A DNA stretch of 51,904 bases, taken from a virus. Lineage: Duplodnaviria > Caudoviricetes. The position numbers and the translations under genes were made by a program. The notes under the pieces were generated by a model. That model saw only the letters and a program-made list of their open reading frames with translations, did not search any database and was not told the DNA's origin. This document shows positions 38,336 to 48,778 of this stretch, in pieces (the first letter of the stretch is position 1; the number at the start of each line of letters is the position of its first letter). Location: positions 1 to 51,904 of the IMG/VR virus record IMGVR_UViG_3300008267_000139; one strand, written 5' to 3'.

Positions 38336-39430
38336 TTATACTGTTACTATTGTTACTGTGTTATTAGCTTGTAGATATGCTATATCACCATCTGGATTGC
38401 CAGCATCTGCTGTCATGAGAGCTGATGGTACTGTTAAAGTTATTGTGTTTCCTGTAATATTAAGAAACACATCATTATCACCAACTGTACCACCTAAATT
38501 TGTACAAAGAGGTAAAGAGATAGAAGTTAAGCTTGTACATTGAAAAAAACATTGCTCACCAACATTTATCAAAGTTGGGAAATTGACAGTTGCGAGTTGA
38601 GTACAAGCACTAAATAAATAATTGGGTAATGATGTTGGATTTGTAAGTGCAGGTGCACTTATGTCGTCAGTTGATGTTAATTGAAACATTCCACCAAACA
38701 TTCCATCTGTTAATACTGTAAGTGATGGCAAGTTTAATGAAGATATATTTGTACCAAAAAAACAAGCATATCCAATGGCGTTCAAATTTAACCAATCAGT
38801 ATTGGTTAATAACGTGCAAGACCCAAAACAACTTGGTCCTGCTTCTGTCAATAGTGGTAAACTAAGATTTACTAATGAATCACAATTTATAAAACAATAA
38901 CCAGCTGCTATTAAACAATTAGGTAAACTTACTGTTGTTAAATTTTCACATCCATAACCTAAATTATCATCACCAAATACATTATACTCTAATTCAACAA
39001 TACATCCACTTTCATCAACAAATTCTATTAAGTTAACTCCATATATTGAATCTCCAAATAAACTTTCTTTAAGAATTATATTGCCACCTCCAAATAACTC
39101 CACTTCATTTCCTACAACAGTTACAGAAGTAAAAGGTGTTCCATAGGTAGGTAAATCAAAAAACGTGTTCCAATCTTCTAAATTAGAAGCATCTCCTACT
39201 AGTAAATTAGCATTTTCTATATCATCAAATAATAATCTTAATGCTTGAGGAACAGCAGGAGTAGAAGTAGATTCACCTCCATTAGCAGCCCCAATTTGAG
39301 CCCACATGCGTTGAGTGTTCAGGTCATTTAGATATCTATTATAATATTCTTTCTGTTCTCTTAATGGTAGTTTTCTAATGTTATTCAATTTGATGAAATG
39401 TTGCCAAGGTAATTCTTCTCCAAAAAACAT
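38336..39430 (-). CDS. BspA-type leucine-rich repeat protein
   Basis: Repeats of the form CF.C..L..(l)SLP.L..(a)G, preceded by a helical N-terminal module. Confidence 0.8.
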   Translation of the reverse strand: MFFGEELPWQHFIKLNNIRKLPLREQKEYYNRYLNDLNTQRMWAQIGAANGGESTSTPAVPQALRLLFDDIENANLLVGDASNLEDWNTFFDLPTYGTPFTSVTVVGNEVELFGGGNIILKESLFGDSIYGVNLIEFVDESGCIVELEYNVFGDDNLGYGCENLTTVSLPNCLIAAGYCFINCDSLVNLSLPLLTEAGPSCFGSCTLLTNTDWLNLNAIGYACFFGTNISSLNLPSLTVLTDGMFGGMFQLTSTDDISAPALTNPTSLPNYLFSACTQLATVNFPTLINVGEQCFFQCTSLTSISLPLCTNLGGTVGDNDVFLNITGNTITLTVPSALMTADAGNPDGDIAYLQANNTVTIVTV

Positions 39431-39439
39431 GATATAATA

Positions 39440-39994
39440 TTATTTTATATAAATATTATCAGACTTTGTCCTATTTTCTACTATAGTAAGAGGCTGAGTG
39501 TTAGTGTAATGGAATGATCCTCCTTTAGCTAGTGGATGTATATGATCTATTTCCCAGTAAGTTCCATAATTATCCCAATTCATTTCTGGGGTGAACATTG
39601 GTTCAAGATATTCTTTATATTCTTGTATTGTACAACCTAAATAGTCGATGCTGCTTTGTGATTTGCCTTCTTTAAGGTGAAAATTAATTAATGCATTAAT
39701 AGCGTGGCGGAGGCGGAAGAGAGGATCTGTATCGTATTTGTTTTGATTCCACTGGCGGTAGTAGTCTTTGTTGTTGTGGTAGTGGTCGTTTACTAGTTTC
39801 TTATGGTATTCTTTATTTTCTTCTCTCCAACGTTTAGTACGTTTAAGATGTACTTCCTTATTTTCAGAATATTCTTTTTTACTTATTATTTTTTTACACT
39901 CTTTACAATAACGATGTCTGCCGTCTTTTTCATCTTTTTTTATACAAAATGAATCTAATGATTTTTTAATATTACAACTTTTACATATTTTCAT
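39440..39994 (-). mobile_element. Free-standing HNH homing endonuclease
   Basis: N-terminal CKSC..CKEC and C-terminal WEIDHIHPLAKGG..HYTNTQPL..EN..KS; inserted after the capsid terminator with its own ATATTTAT. Confidence 0.8.
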
Positions 39995-40010
39995 ACATGT
40001 ATAAATATAC

Positions 40011-40050
40011 AAAAGAAAGGCCGGACTACAAAGTCCGGCTATTTTCTTTT
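40011..40050 (-). terminator. Intrinsic terminator after the major capsid gene
   Basis: GCCGGACT-TTGT-AGTCCGGC followed by CTTTCTTTT; a second hairpin (TTAACC..GGTTAA) lies just upstream. Confidence 0.85.
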
Positions 40051-40082
40051 TAACCTTACGGGGTTAAATATGTTATACTAGA

Positions 40083-41663
40083 TTAAAGAGTATTCAAACC
40101 AGCAACATAAATTTTACCATAATAATCAGGGCGAATCATCTTCTTAGCGTACCTAGTCATCAAACCTTTTCTTGGAGTGAAGGTTGAAGGATCGTAAAGA
40201 AGTGGAGTCATGATCAATGGAACATATGGAGCAAATACAGCACCACACTCAAGGAACTGAGCACCTTTGTAACCCATAAGGATCACGTTCTCAGTCATGT
40301 ATGGGTTCTTGTATACTTTGTAGCGGCTATTTAAAGAACCAACTTTCTGAATACCGAAGTTGAATTCCATTTTCTCGCCATCACCATCAGCAGCAAATCC
40401 AGGGATTGATTCAAGGATTGTAGCTACAGTTGGAGAAGTTACTAAGAAATTAGCACCACCACGAAGGGTTAACTGATGGATTGTATTAGAAACCTTCTGT
40501 AACTTAGTACCTAAAGTTTGGAACCAACCACCTTGTGTATTGTAGTAAGCAAGATCAGTAATAGCACCATTAGAAGCTACAGATTTGTTATTAACAGCAG
40601 ACCATTGATCAGTTGTGAAAGCATTCTGAATTAACATATCAAGGATTTCGAGGTCGATTTCCATAGAGATGTATTGAGAAAGGATACCAGTCAATTCAGC
40701 TTCAGCATCAACACTATGATAAGCGTTAAGATCTTGAGCGAATTCTGGAGTCCATTGTGCTTTTAACTTACGAGTTTTAGCAACAATAGCTTCAGATTTC
40801 AATTGAACATTGATTTCTGGGATAGAGATTGCAGTGTTAGCATTAGTTTTTGGTTGACCATCTTCAAAATCACCACGTGAAGTTGCAGTTGGAGCTACAT
40901 CATAATATAATACTACACCACCATCTAATGCTGTACCAGTAGAAGCACCATTGATTGCAGAAGCAGTAACAATAAATGAAGCTGTAGTTTGAGCAGCATT
41001 AATTGAAGTAAATGCTTGCAAGTTTTGAGCAACACCTAAAGAACCAGAAGTGATAATAAAAGCACGTACTGCAAGAGGATCAGCGTTTGAAGGAAGTGGA
41101 ACTGAAATCTTCTTGTAAGAACCAGTAACTACATAGTTTTGGTCAAAATTAACATCAGACCAAGAAACAGAAGATGTTGTTGCAACTGCAGAAGCTGAAT
41201 ATTGGTTGATTGAGTAACCAAACTTACCAGCGCCATATAATGAAGCTGAAGCAATATCAGTTACATTTGAAGTAGCATTAGCACCATAAAGTGAGCCACC
41301 AACAGTAAATGGATTAACAGCAGTACCATATTTGAAATCAAGATAGAATACAAGACCTGAAGGTAAGTTCATTGGTTGTACACTAACGAATTCTTTAGCA
41401 GCGATTTCACCAAATACACGGCGAACAAGTGGAAGAGCAACACCAGACCAGCTTTCGCCGTTGTATGCACCTGCACCACCAGCTTGAGTACCAGTTTGAG
41501 AAGCTTCAGAGATTAATTGTTTAGCTTGGTTTTCAAGCAAAACAGCCATTGTGTTTTTGTCAGTAGTGGATTTGATACCTTCTAAAAGGCCAGATTTTGC
41601 CCACTTGCTAGACAATTTTTGAGCATCTTCCATTACATTCTTGTATTGGTTAGATCTAGACAT
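40083..41663 (-). CDS. Major capsid protein (gp23-like); in frame with the scaffold with no stop between them
   Basis: KWAKSGLLEG..LLENQAKQL..LPLVRRVF..VSVQPMNLPSGLVFYLDF..AKTRKLKAQWTPEFAQDLNAYH..APYVPL..PRKGLMTRYA. Confidence 0.95.
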   Translation of the reverse strand: MSRSNQYKNVMEDAQKLSSKWAKSGLLEGIKSTTDKNTMAVLLENQAKQLISEASQTGTQAGGAGAYNGESWSGVALPLVRRVFGEIAAKEFVSVQPMNLPSGLVFYLDFKYGTAVNPFTVGGSLYGANATSNVTDIASASLYGAGKFGYSINQYSASAVATTSSVSWSDVNFDQNYVVTGSYKKISVPLPSNADPLAVRAFIITSGSLGVAQNLQAFTSINAAQTTASFIVTASAINGASTGTALDGGVVLYYDVAPTATSRGDFEDGQPKTNANTAISIPEINVQLKSEAIVAKTRKLKAQWTPEFAQDLNAYHSVDAEAELTGILSQYISMEIDLEILDMLIQNAFTTDQWSAVNNKSVASNGAITDLAYYNTQGGWFQTLGTKLQKVSNTIHQLTLRGGANFLVTSPTVATILESIPGFAADGDGEKMEFNFGIQKVGSLNSRYKVYKNPYMTENVILMGYKGAQFLECGAVFAPYVPLIMTPLLYDPSTFTPRKGLMTRYAKKMIRPDYYGKIYVAGLNTL

Positions 41664-42722
41664 TGTTTCATCAACAATTGGTTTTTTAGGTGCAACACCA
41701 GCAGCTTTAGAAGCAAATCCTAATGATTCTTTGATTGGACTTTTTACAGATTTTGCAATAGCACTATTCATAGATTCAAAAATAGCTTTAGCTTCTTTTG
41801 CAGTAGTTGCTTTATCAAATTGAGCAATTACTTTGAGTTTTTGTGATTCATTCAAATTTTTAGCTTTGAAGATTTTATTTACATAAAGCAACTTAGCGTT
41901 AAGAAGATTAACTTCGTTAAGTTCGTTACGAAGAGCTTCGATAGTGTCGATTGCTTCTTTCATTTCGTCTTTTTCGTCTTCTTTCTTCTTATCTTTTTTC
42001 TTTGCTTCGTACATATCATCTTTATCGTCGTCACCTTCATCAAGTGCGTCGAGTTCAGCTAATAATTCTTCTAAATCGATTTCTTCGTCGATTTCTTCTT
42101 CTTCAGAAATAGAAACTTCATCACTAACTTCTTCACCGCCATCTAAATCAACAGCCATTTCTTCTTCGCCACCCATATCACCCATGTCAGCGCTCATTTC
42201 GTCGCCGCCCATTTCAGATGAAATGATGTCTTTAATAATGTCTTTTAATTCATCAACAGTTAAGTCTGTGATTTTTTCGCCTTCATCTTCAGATTCTTCA
42301 GATTCGTCTTCGTCTTCAGACTCTTCGTCTTCAACTTCAACTTCTTCTTCTTCCTCTTCTTCTTTGGCTTCTTTCATTTCTTCTTTTTCTTCTTTTTCTT
42401 CGCTTAATTCAGCTAAGATAGAAGATAAATCGAAATCTTCTTCAAGGTCAGCTTCATCAGCTTCTCCGATTGCATCGGCTTGGCTCCTTTCGTGAGCTTT
42501 TACATGCCATTGGTCGTCTTTGCTGTAATTGTCTGAACTGTGGTCTACTTCTTCAAGTCCTTCTTCTTCCATATCATCCATTTCTTGTAACTTTGCAGAT
42601 AACATAGATTGGAGTTTTGGAGCAAGAGCTTCTTCAAGAGCAACCTTTGCGTTTGCTAACGCAGCTTCGCGGACAGCTTTAGCGTCGGCGATAGCCTCTT
42701 TGAATAAGTCTTTGTTTGACAT
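41664..42722 (-). CDS. Prohead scaffold/core protein (gp22-like), fused to the capsid ORF in this sequence
   Basis: MSNKDLFKEAIADAKAVRE, a very acidic middle and a coiled coil (LNEVNLLNAKLLYVNK); lies between protease and capsid genes. Confidence 0.8.
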
Positions 42723-42851
42723 AAATTGTTTCTCCTTAAATTTAATTACGGAAATAAGATTATTAGGAATCTTAATGTGGGGGTTAATTAATATCCGGAT
42801 TGCAAGGGGGGAATAAAAAATGGGCAATCCATTTTGGATGCCCATAAATAT
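42723..42851 (-). promoter_or_regulatory. Long structured 5' leader of the scaffold/capsid operon
   Basis: ATATTTAT, hairpins ATGGGCATCCA..TGGATTGCCCAT and TAAGATT..AATCTTA, and AAGGAG before the ATG. Confidence 0.55.
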
Positions 42852-42879
42852 ATGTAGATACTAAAAACCGCAAATTATT

Positions 42880-43497
42880 TTAACAAAGTGGACAAACACC
42901 AGTTGCGTTACAAATAATTTCAGTTATTAAACTATTTACTTTACTATAATCTTTTTTAGAGCCAAATTGCTTAGATTCAGCTAATGACATATAAGCATTT
43001 GGAGTTGATGGTACTGATACTAAATCCCAACATAATAATTCAAAATCATCTTGTACTTCTACAGTTTCACCTAATTGTTTAACACTACCCATGCCACGTG
43101 AAGATATTCCAAGTGGAATACCAGACATTACTAATGCTTTAGCAATATTACCTGAAGGTGTAGGTAGAAGTTGAAGTTTACCCATTAAATCATTACCTTT
43201 CCACCATACTTCAGTAATAACGTGTGAAGTATTTGATAAGTTTACAACAGATGCTTCAGGATGATCGAGTTCTCCTAAAGCTGTACGTGTTTTTACAGGT
43301 CCATCTGCATATTTTTTTACTTCTCTTTCAAGAATTTCGCGAGGATATACACGACCATTACCATTTTTTTGTTCAGCTTCTTGTAATTTACCAACAAGGG
43401 TAACAAGAGATTTACCTTCACCTAACTGTTTGTTTTCTAAAATAGTTAGTTTAGCTTGTTGAAAGGGAGTATGATCTATCAATAATGATTTACTCAT
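42880..43497 (-). CDS. Prohead core protease (gp21-like)
   Basis: NGNGRVYP, ALGELDHP, LGISSRGMGS, WDLVSVPS. Confidence 0.92.
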   Translation of the reverse strand: MSKSLLIDHTPFQQAKLTILENKQLGEGKSLVTLVGKLQEAEQKNGNGRVYPREILEREVKKYADGPVKTRTALGELDHPEASVVNLSNTSHVITEVWWKGNDLMGKLQLLPTPSGNIAKALVMSGIPLGISSRGMGSVKQLGETVEVQDDFELLCWDLVSVPSTPNAYMSLAESKQFGSKKDYSKVNSLITEIICNATGVCPLC

Positions 43498-43498
43498 A

Positions 43499-44690
43499 TT
43501 AGTATTCGTTTTTCGCATCTAAATTATCACGGCCATCAAAAGTTTCATTTATTACTTCACGTACAATTTCTTCTAATGATGATTTAAATTTATCAAATGA
43601 TTTGCCTAAATCAACACCAGGTCTAAATGATTTATTAGCAACTTTTCTTCCTGTTACTTGATCAATAGCGTCTTTTAAATTTAATTCATTATAGAAATTA
43701 TGACGAATTGTTGTTTCAAAATGATCATCTACTTCTTCTACATCAAAATCATATTTTCCTTTTCCAAGAAGTCCGTCTAATTCTTTTATTTCATCTGCTG
43801 TAAGAGTACCAGTGAATGTGTATTCACCACCAGCTTCATTTAAATTTTCTTTTACAACTTTAGGCATTTTAACCTTTTGCATTGCATTATCTTTATCCAC
43901 TAATTCAACTGCTTCTTTTTTCTTTCTAGGTTTTTTTTCTTCAACTGGTTTAGCTTTAGGAGCTGAAGGTGATTCAATACCAGCTAATTTTAATGCTGTG
44001 TAGTAAAATGGATTTTCAGCTAAATGATCTAAAGCAATTTTTTTAGCTTTATCTAAATCATCTGTATGTTCCAATTCAACTTTAATACCCATTCTTAATT
44101 CTTGTGGGTGTTTGACGATAAGTATGCTCATATTCGTTTAATTTTTCTTCAGTAGCAGCTTTGATAATATCCCAATCATCATTACTTACAGCTATTGTTC
44201 TTTTACTACCATCTTCAAATTCAACACTATATGAGTTATCACCGTTTTGTTTAAAATCCTTAACTATTTTTTCACCAATTTTAATTTCTTTTGCTTCACT
44301 TAATCCACCTTCAAAATCATCAAATTTATACTTTTCAGGACTTAATTCATCTTCTGCCCTAGCAATCATATCTTCTAATTCAGCATCTTCATCATCAGCT
44401 TCATATCCTTCAATATCAACCATATCTTGTGGATATTGAAATGAAAGTGTTTCTTCATCAATTTCTTCTTCAGCAGCTACCGCTCTAATAGCTTCAGAAT
44501 ATGAATATCCTTTAGCTAGATAAGATTTAAGAGCAGATTCAATAGGATCAATACCTATTGTAGCTTCATTTAAAATTCCTTTATTTTTAAGGATTTTAAC
44601 TGTATCGTTAAATGATGTTACATTAGTAATGTATTGAGGTAAAGACATACGAACACTTCTCATAAAGTTGTGTTGTGACATTCTGCCTTC
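43499..44690 (-). CDS. Acidic internal head-type protein, broken by a frameshift near 44110 and lacking its own start
   Basis: Two overlapping ORFs join as ..KEGRMSQHNF..LNEYEHTYRQ / HPQELRMGIKVELEHTDDLDKAKKIALDHLAENPFYY..; many L-x-E sites. Confidence 0.55.
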
Positions 44691-44765
44691 TTTTTTTGCT
44701 TTACCTTTTTTGCGTTTACCAAAAGATATCTTTTGGGCACTGCTAGATCCTTTAGCCTTAGCCAT
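44691..44765 (-). CDS. Small basic peptide fused in frame to the next gene
   Basis: MAKAKGSSSAQKISFGKRKKGKAKK differs sharply in composition from the acidic remainder of the ORF. Confidence 0.4.
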
Positions 44766-45697
44766 TACTGATTAAGATTTTTAATTTTATTATTAAGTTG
44801 GTTTACCATTTCTGAGATAGTGGCAACATTCTTTTGTGTTGCTTTCCAATAATTGATACCTCCATCTTCACTTAATTCTTGTTTCATGCGAGAAGTATAC
44901 TCAACAATACGATCAATTTCTTGTAATTTACGTTTTACTTCACGAATTGCTTTATGTAATTGTTCAGATTTGGTTCTGAATTTTACATCTTTTTTAAATT
45001 TATTGTATGTTACTTCATTAAGTAATTCTTGTTCAATTATTTCTAATAATGATTCGTTCATAGCAGATTTTTTACCTTTCCATAATTCTTTATAATCAAG
45101 CATTTTGGAATTTTTAGGCATTCCTCCTGCTAATTTCCATCCTGATCTTTGTGCTTGTTGAGTCGCTGCGTTTGGTCCTTGACCTTTTTTAGAAAAAGCC
45201 ATAGGAGTTAAATATCCAGGCACGCCACCTGTTGTAGACATTTCATCTAATAATTCGCGTACAAGTGATTTAATATATTCTTTAATATCCATATTTTCTT
45301 TTATTCCTGCTACTGTTCTACCTGAATATTGTTGTTTTAAATAATTAACCATTTTAGCATTCATATTAAAATCAGGCTCTAAAGGTGTATCATCAGATTC
45401 TGATTCTATTGATTTTGCCATTGCTTGCATAAATCCATTCTCTACAGTATCATCTACAATTCTAGACATTTGATCATCTATATCTAATTTATCCAACCAG
45501 GTACTAGTTTTTTTAGCATCTGGTTTTGATATTGCTGCTTTAATAAAATCAAATGTTGTTTTAGCAGCTTCAGCTCCAGGTATAAATCCTATTAATGTTC
45601 CTAAAGCTACATTTCCTATTTTTTCTCCTTTTTGTTTAAGAGCAATAGCTTTAATAACTTTTTTTAAATCACCATATGTGTTTAATTCTAAAGCCAT
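44765..45697 (-). CDS. Hypothetical head-associated protein (possibly two modules)
   Basis: 310 aa; internal MDIKEYIKSLVRELLDE, LLNE sites and a C-terminal coiled coil. Confidence 0.6.
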   Translation of the reverse strand: MALELNTYGDLKKVIKAIALKQKGEKIGNVALGTLIGFIPGAEAAKTTFDFIKAAISKPDAKKTSTWLDKLDIDDQMSRIVDDTVENGFMQAMAKSIESESDDTPLEPDFNMNAKMVNYLKQQYSGRTVAGIKENMDIKEYIKSLVRELLDEMSTTGGVPGYLTPMAFSKKGQGPNAATQQAQRSGWKLAGGMPKNSKMLDYKELWKGKKSAMNESLLEIIEQELLNEVTYNKFKKDVKFRTKSEQLHKAIREVKRKLQEIDRIVEYTSRMKQELSEDGGINYWKATQKNVATISEMVNQLNNKIKNLNQ

Positions 45698-45969
45698 TAT
45701 TTATATCCTAAATTAGTTAGTACTTTTTCTACAGCACTACGTACAGCTGATTTAGATACTTTACCGGGTTGAAATCCTAGTGTTTTAAACCAGTTTTCAA
45801 AAGCTCCAGGAAATTCATTTATATTATTAATAGCTTTAGCTTTAGATTGTACAGTTGTTGCTGTTGTTTGGGCTTTACCTAAAGCTTTAACATCAGCAGG
45901 TGCATTAACAGGTGATGGAGCACTTGTTGCATCTTCATTTAAACCAGCTAGCTGTTGTAATCTATTCAC
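45697..45969 (-). CDS. Small internal head-type protein
   Basis: GTG start overlaps the upstream stop; begins with RLQQLAGLNE. Confidence 0.6.
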   Translation of the reverse strand: MNRLQQLAGLNEDATSAPSPVNAPADVKALGKAQTTATTVQSKAKAINNINEFPGAFENWFKTLGFQPGKVSKSAVRSAVEKVLTNLGYK

Positions 45970-46823
45970 TATTTAATACTTTTTAATTCTTCAATTAATT
46001 GATAATATTGTAAAAGTGAAATAATATTTTCATCCTTTACACTTTGTGTTTTATCTAATGGATGCAATAATGTAATCACCTCAGTTAATTTAATCTGAGT
46101 TGTTTTATCAGATACTGTAGGTATAATTTTATTTATCTCATTAATGATAATAGTAAAATTATTATTTACAAAATCACGTAATTTGGTTGTATTAGTGATA
46201 TTATTAATAAATTCTTTTAGTATTAATTTTTGACGATCTGATAAGGTAGAGTATTTGCTATTGAATTTTTCCAACAACATGCGGTAAGCTAATATACGAG
46301 ATCCCTTATCCATTTTAGTAAATTCTTCCATTACACGGTCTTTAACACCCTCCTTATCAACTTCTTTACGTGTGATATGTTCAAGTAATGTTACTTTATT
46401 ATCAATGATATGTTTTGGATCAATAAAGTCTAATGAATTGTGTGCTTCAATCAAATTATATACAGCAGCGTACTGTGTGTAGTTATTGATTTTTGCTTTA
46501 AAAAATTCTTCTATGTCGTAATGTTCACGAATTTCTTTAATTAAATTATATTTTTCTTTACGTAAAGCCGTTTTATTTAAACGCAAAGAAGCCTCTAACG
46601 TTGCATTGATGAACGTTTCAGCTTTAGCTTCACTAAGAGATTTAGGAGAAATTAGCGCTTGGTATAATTTATATTCTTTAGCTAGTTCTGATTTATTAAA
46701 ATATTTTCTAACTAATCCAATAGCTGCAGAATCTTTGTTAGATACTGTGTCAGATGCTATTTGGCGAACTAATAGTTCAAATAAAATACCAGTATTCTTA
46801 AATTTGCTGTGTTTAATTTTCAT
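45969..46823 (-). CDS. Helical hypothetical protein after the portal gene
   Basis: 284 aa, MKIKHSKFKNTGILFELLVRQI; preceded by ATATTTAT. Confidence 0.7.
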   Translation of the reverse strand: MKIKHSKFKNTGILFELLVRQIASDTVSNKDSAAIGLVRKYFNKSELAKEYKLYQALISPKSLSEAKAETFINATLEASLRLNKTALRKEKYNLIKEIREHYDIEEFFKAKINNYTQYAAVYNLIEAHNSLDFIDPKHIIDNKVTLLEHITRKEVDKEGVKDRVMEEFTKMDKGSRILAYRMLLEKFNSKYSTLSDRQKLILKEFINNITNTTKLRDFVNNNFTIIINEINKIIPTVSDKTTQIKLTEVITLLHPLDKTQSVKDENIISLLQYYQLIEELKSIK

Positions 46824-46859
46824 ATGAAATAGTGTGCACTACCGATAAATATGTATTTA

Positions 46860-48746
46860 TTATATGTCCTTAATATTTTTTTCATCTAACAGACTAGATT
46901 CCTGTTCAGGTTCGAACACTATTTTTTTACGAGCTATATTCATATTTTCAAATAAAGCTTTGTGTTTATTTAATTCAGATAGTGCTAGTGGTGAACCACC
47001 TTTTGGTGTTCCGTCTTCAGAAGGAATATTAGCTGTGTATATGGTGTTGTTATCTTTTCTACCTAATCTATCCTTACCTAGTGGATCATTTTGTGTATTA
47101 ATCATAGATGCTTTTTCTTGAGGACGACCAATAGGACGTTTCTCATCATAGCCAGGAGGTACTTCTGCCTTTTCACCCACGCCATTTCTACCTTTACCAT
47201 ATAATGAAGCTAGGTCATGTGGCGTACCGAATGATCTACCTGTTTTAGCTGGGTCATTACCTTCGTTTTCAACCTGAGCCATTCTAAATACTCGTTTTTT
47301 GTCTTCAAGTACTAAATCACGATATTCGTCAAATTCATCTTCGCTAAATTGGAATACATTGTCATAAATCCAATCTGAAGGTAATAGATTTGTATCTTGA
47401 ATTGATTTGGCTAGATCAACTTTTTCTTTCCACAGTGCAATCTTTTCTTGTTCATATATGATTGATGGAACTGTTAATGATAATTCAAAGTTTGATAAAT
47501 CTTCACCTTCATATCCTTGAACATATAAATGAACTAATGCCATTTTATATAATTCAGATAATGCTACGCGTTGAATACGCTCAACTGTACGAGCAAATCT
47601 AATATCTTCAGCAGCTAATGTAGCTTTACCTTGTAAATCTTTTTCAAATCCAAAGAATGCTTTAGGTACTTTAAGAGCAGCTAACATTTCATCACGTAAG
47701 AAATATACATCATCTATTGCATTGTACTCTAATCCTTTAAGAGTATCAATTTTAGTTGCTGTATCATTACCACGAGTTGGAAGATAATAATCTTCCATCA
47801 TGTTTTGTAAGTTAAAACGTAAGTTATAATCACCAGTTTGTTGATCGATGTACGGAGTTTTTTTCATCTTCTGTATCATCTTTTGCATATACCCATCAAC
47901 TTCATGTGGTGGAATATTACCAACGTTTACAGTGAATATACGTTTTTCTGGGGCACGAGTAATACGATGCAACAACATTGCATCTTTCATCAAAACATAT
48001 TGCTTATAAGTTTTACGAGCAGGCTCAATGTACGATCTACCATAAGGTAAATAATTAGCATCAGTTAATAATCTAAAGTGAGCAATTTCGTAGTTTTCAA
48101 ATTTAATTTTACCATCTCTATCTTTAACACGTGAACTAATACCACCAGCAGCAATTACCATTGGATCAATTCTAAAACATACATAAGATGGATTTGAAGG
48201 ATCCTGTCCTTCTTCACGAATCATATCATATACTGAAAGTGGTGTTACATTGTAAATACCAAATTTTTCAGCAATTTCCATGTGTAAGTAAAAATCGCCA
48301 TACTTACACATGTTTCTAATCCATAACCATAAATTAAATTCAATATTTAAAATATCGTAAAATAAATTATATAAAATACGTTGAATATTTTCATCTGCAC
48401 TCCTGATTTGTAATACTTCTCCTAATTCATTTTTTAAAGTTGATTCATCAGCAATAATATCTAAAGCCGATGCTATGATAGTTTCTGTATCCATTGCTTC
48501 GTAATCAGTATATAATTGAATACGGAGTGTTTGATAGTTCATCGTTGGGTTATATGGCATATTAGCGCCATAACGATGTAACTTAGTGAATCTATCTATA
48601 AGTGCGTTTGTTTTTACGTTACCAAAGGATTGGATTCTATCAACATCCATTACCTTTAATTGATTACCGCCTACATTTCTTATAATAACGTCTGTACTGA
48701 ATAGGCGTGTTAATCTATTAAATAAACCGGGTTGGTTATCTGCCAT
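46860..48746 (-). CDS. Portal protein (gp20-like)
   Basis: IIASALDIIADE, PYGRSYIE, LHRITRAPEKRIF, NMMEDYYLPTRG, IDTLKG, ALKVPK, EDIRFARTVERIQ. Confidence 0.93.
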   Translation of the reverse strand: MADNQPGLFNRLTRLFSTDVIIRNVGGNQLKVMDVDRIQSFGNVKTNALIDRFTKLHRYGANMPYNPTMNYQTLRIQLYTDYEAMDTETIIASALDIIADESTLKNELGEVLQIRSADENIQRILYNLFYDILNIEFNLWLWIRNMCKYGDFYLHMEIAEKFGIYNVTPLSVYDMIREEGQDPSNPSYVCFRIDPMVIAAGGISSRVKDRDGKIKFENYEIAHFRLLTDANYLPYGRSYIEPARKTYKQYVLMKDAMLLHRITRAPEKRIFTVNVGNIPPHEVDGYMQKMIQKMKKTPYIDQQTGDYNLRFNLQNMMEDYYLPTRGNDTATKIDTLKGLEYNAIDDVYFLRDEMLAALKVPKAFFGFEKDLQGKATLAAEDIRFARTVERIQRVALSELYKMALVHLYVQGYEGEDLSNFELSLTVPSIIYEQEKIALWKEKVDLAKSIQDTNLLPSDWIYDNVFQFSEDEFDEYRDLVLEDKKRVFRMAQVENEGNDPAKTGRSFGTPHDLASLYGKGRNGVGEKAEVPPGYDEKRPIGRPQEKASMINTQNDPLGKDRLGRKDNNTIYTANIPSEDGTPKGGSPLALSELNKHKALFENMNIARKKIVFEPEQESSLLDEKNIKDI

Positions 48747-48778
48747 TATCTTATTTTTATTATATCAATAAATATTTA

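Noticed and set aside
45280-45310. A seventh fusion junction at AGIKEN-MDIKEY
   Set aside because: It is in frame and resembles a natural I-x-E processing site; it cannot be judged without homologues.
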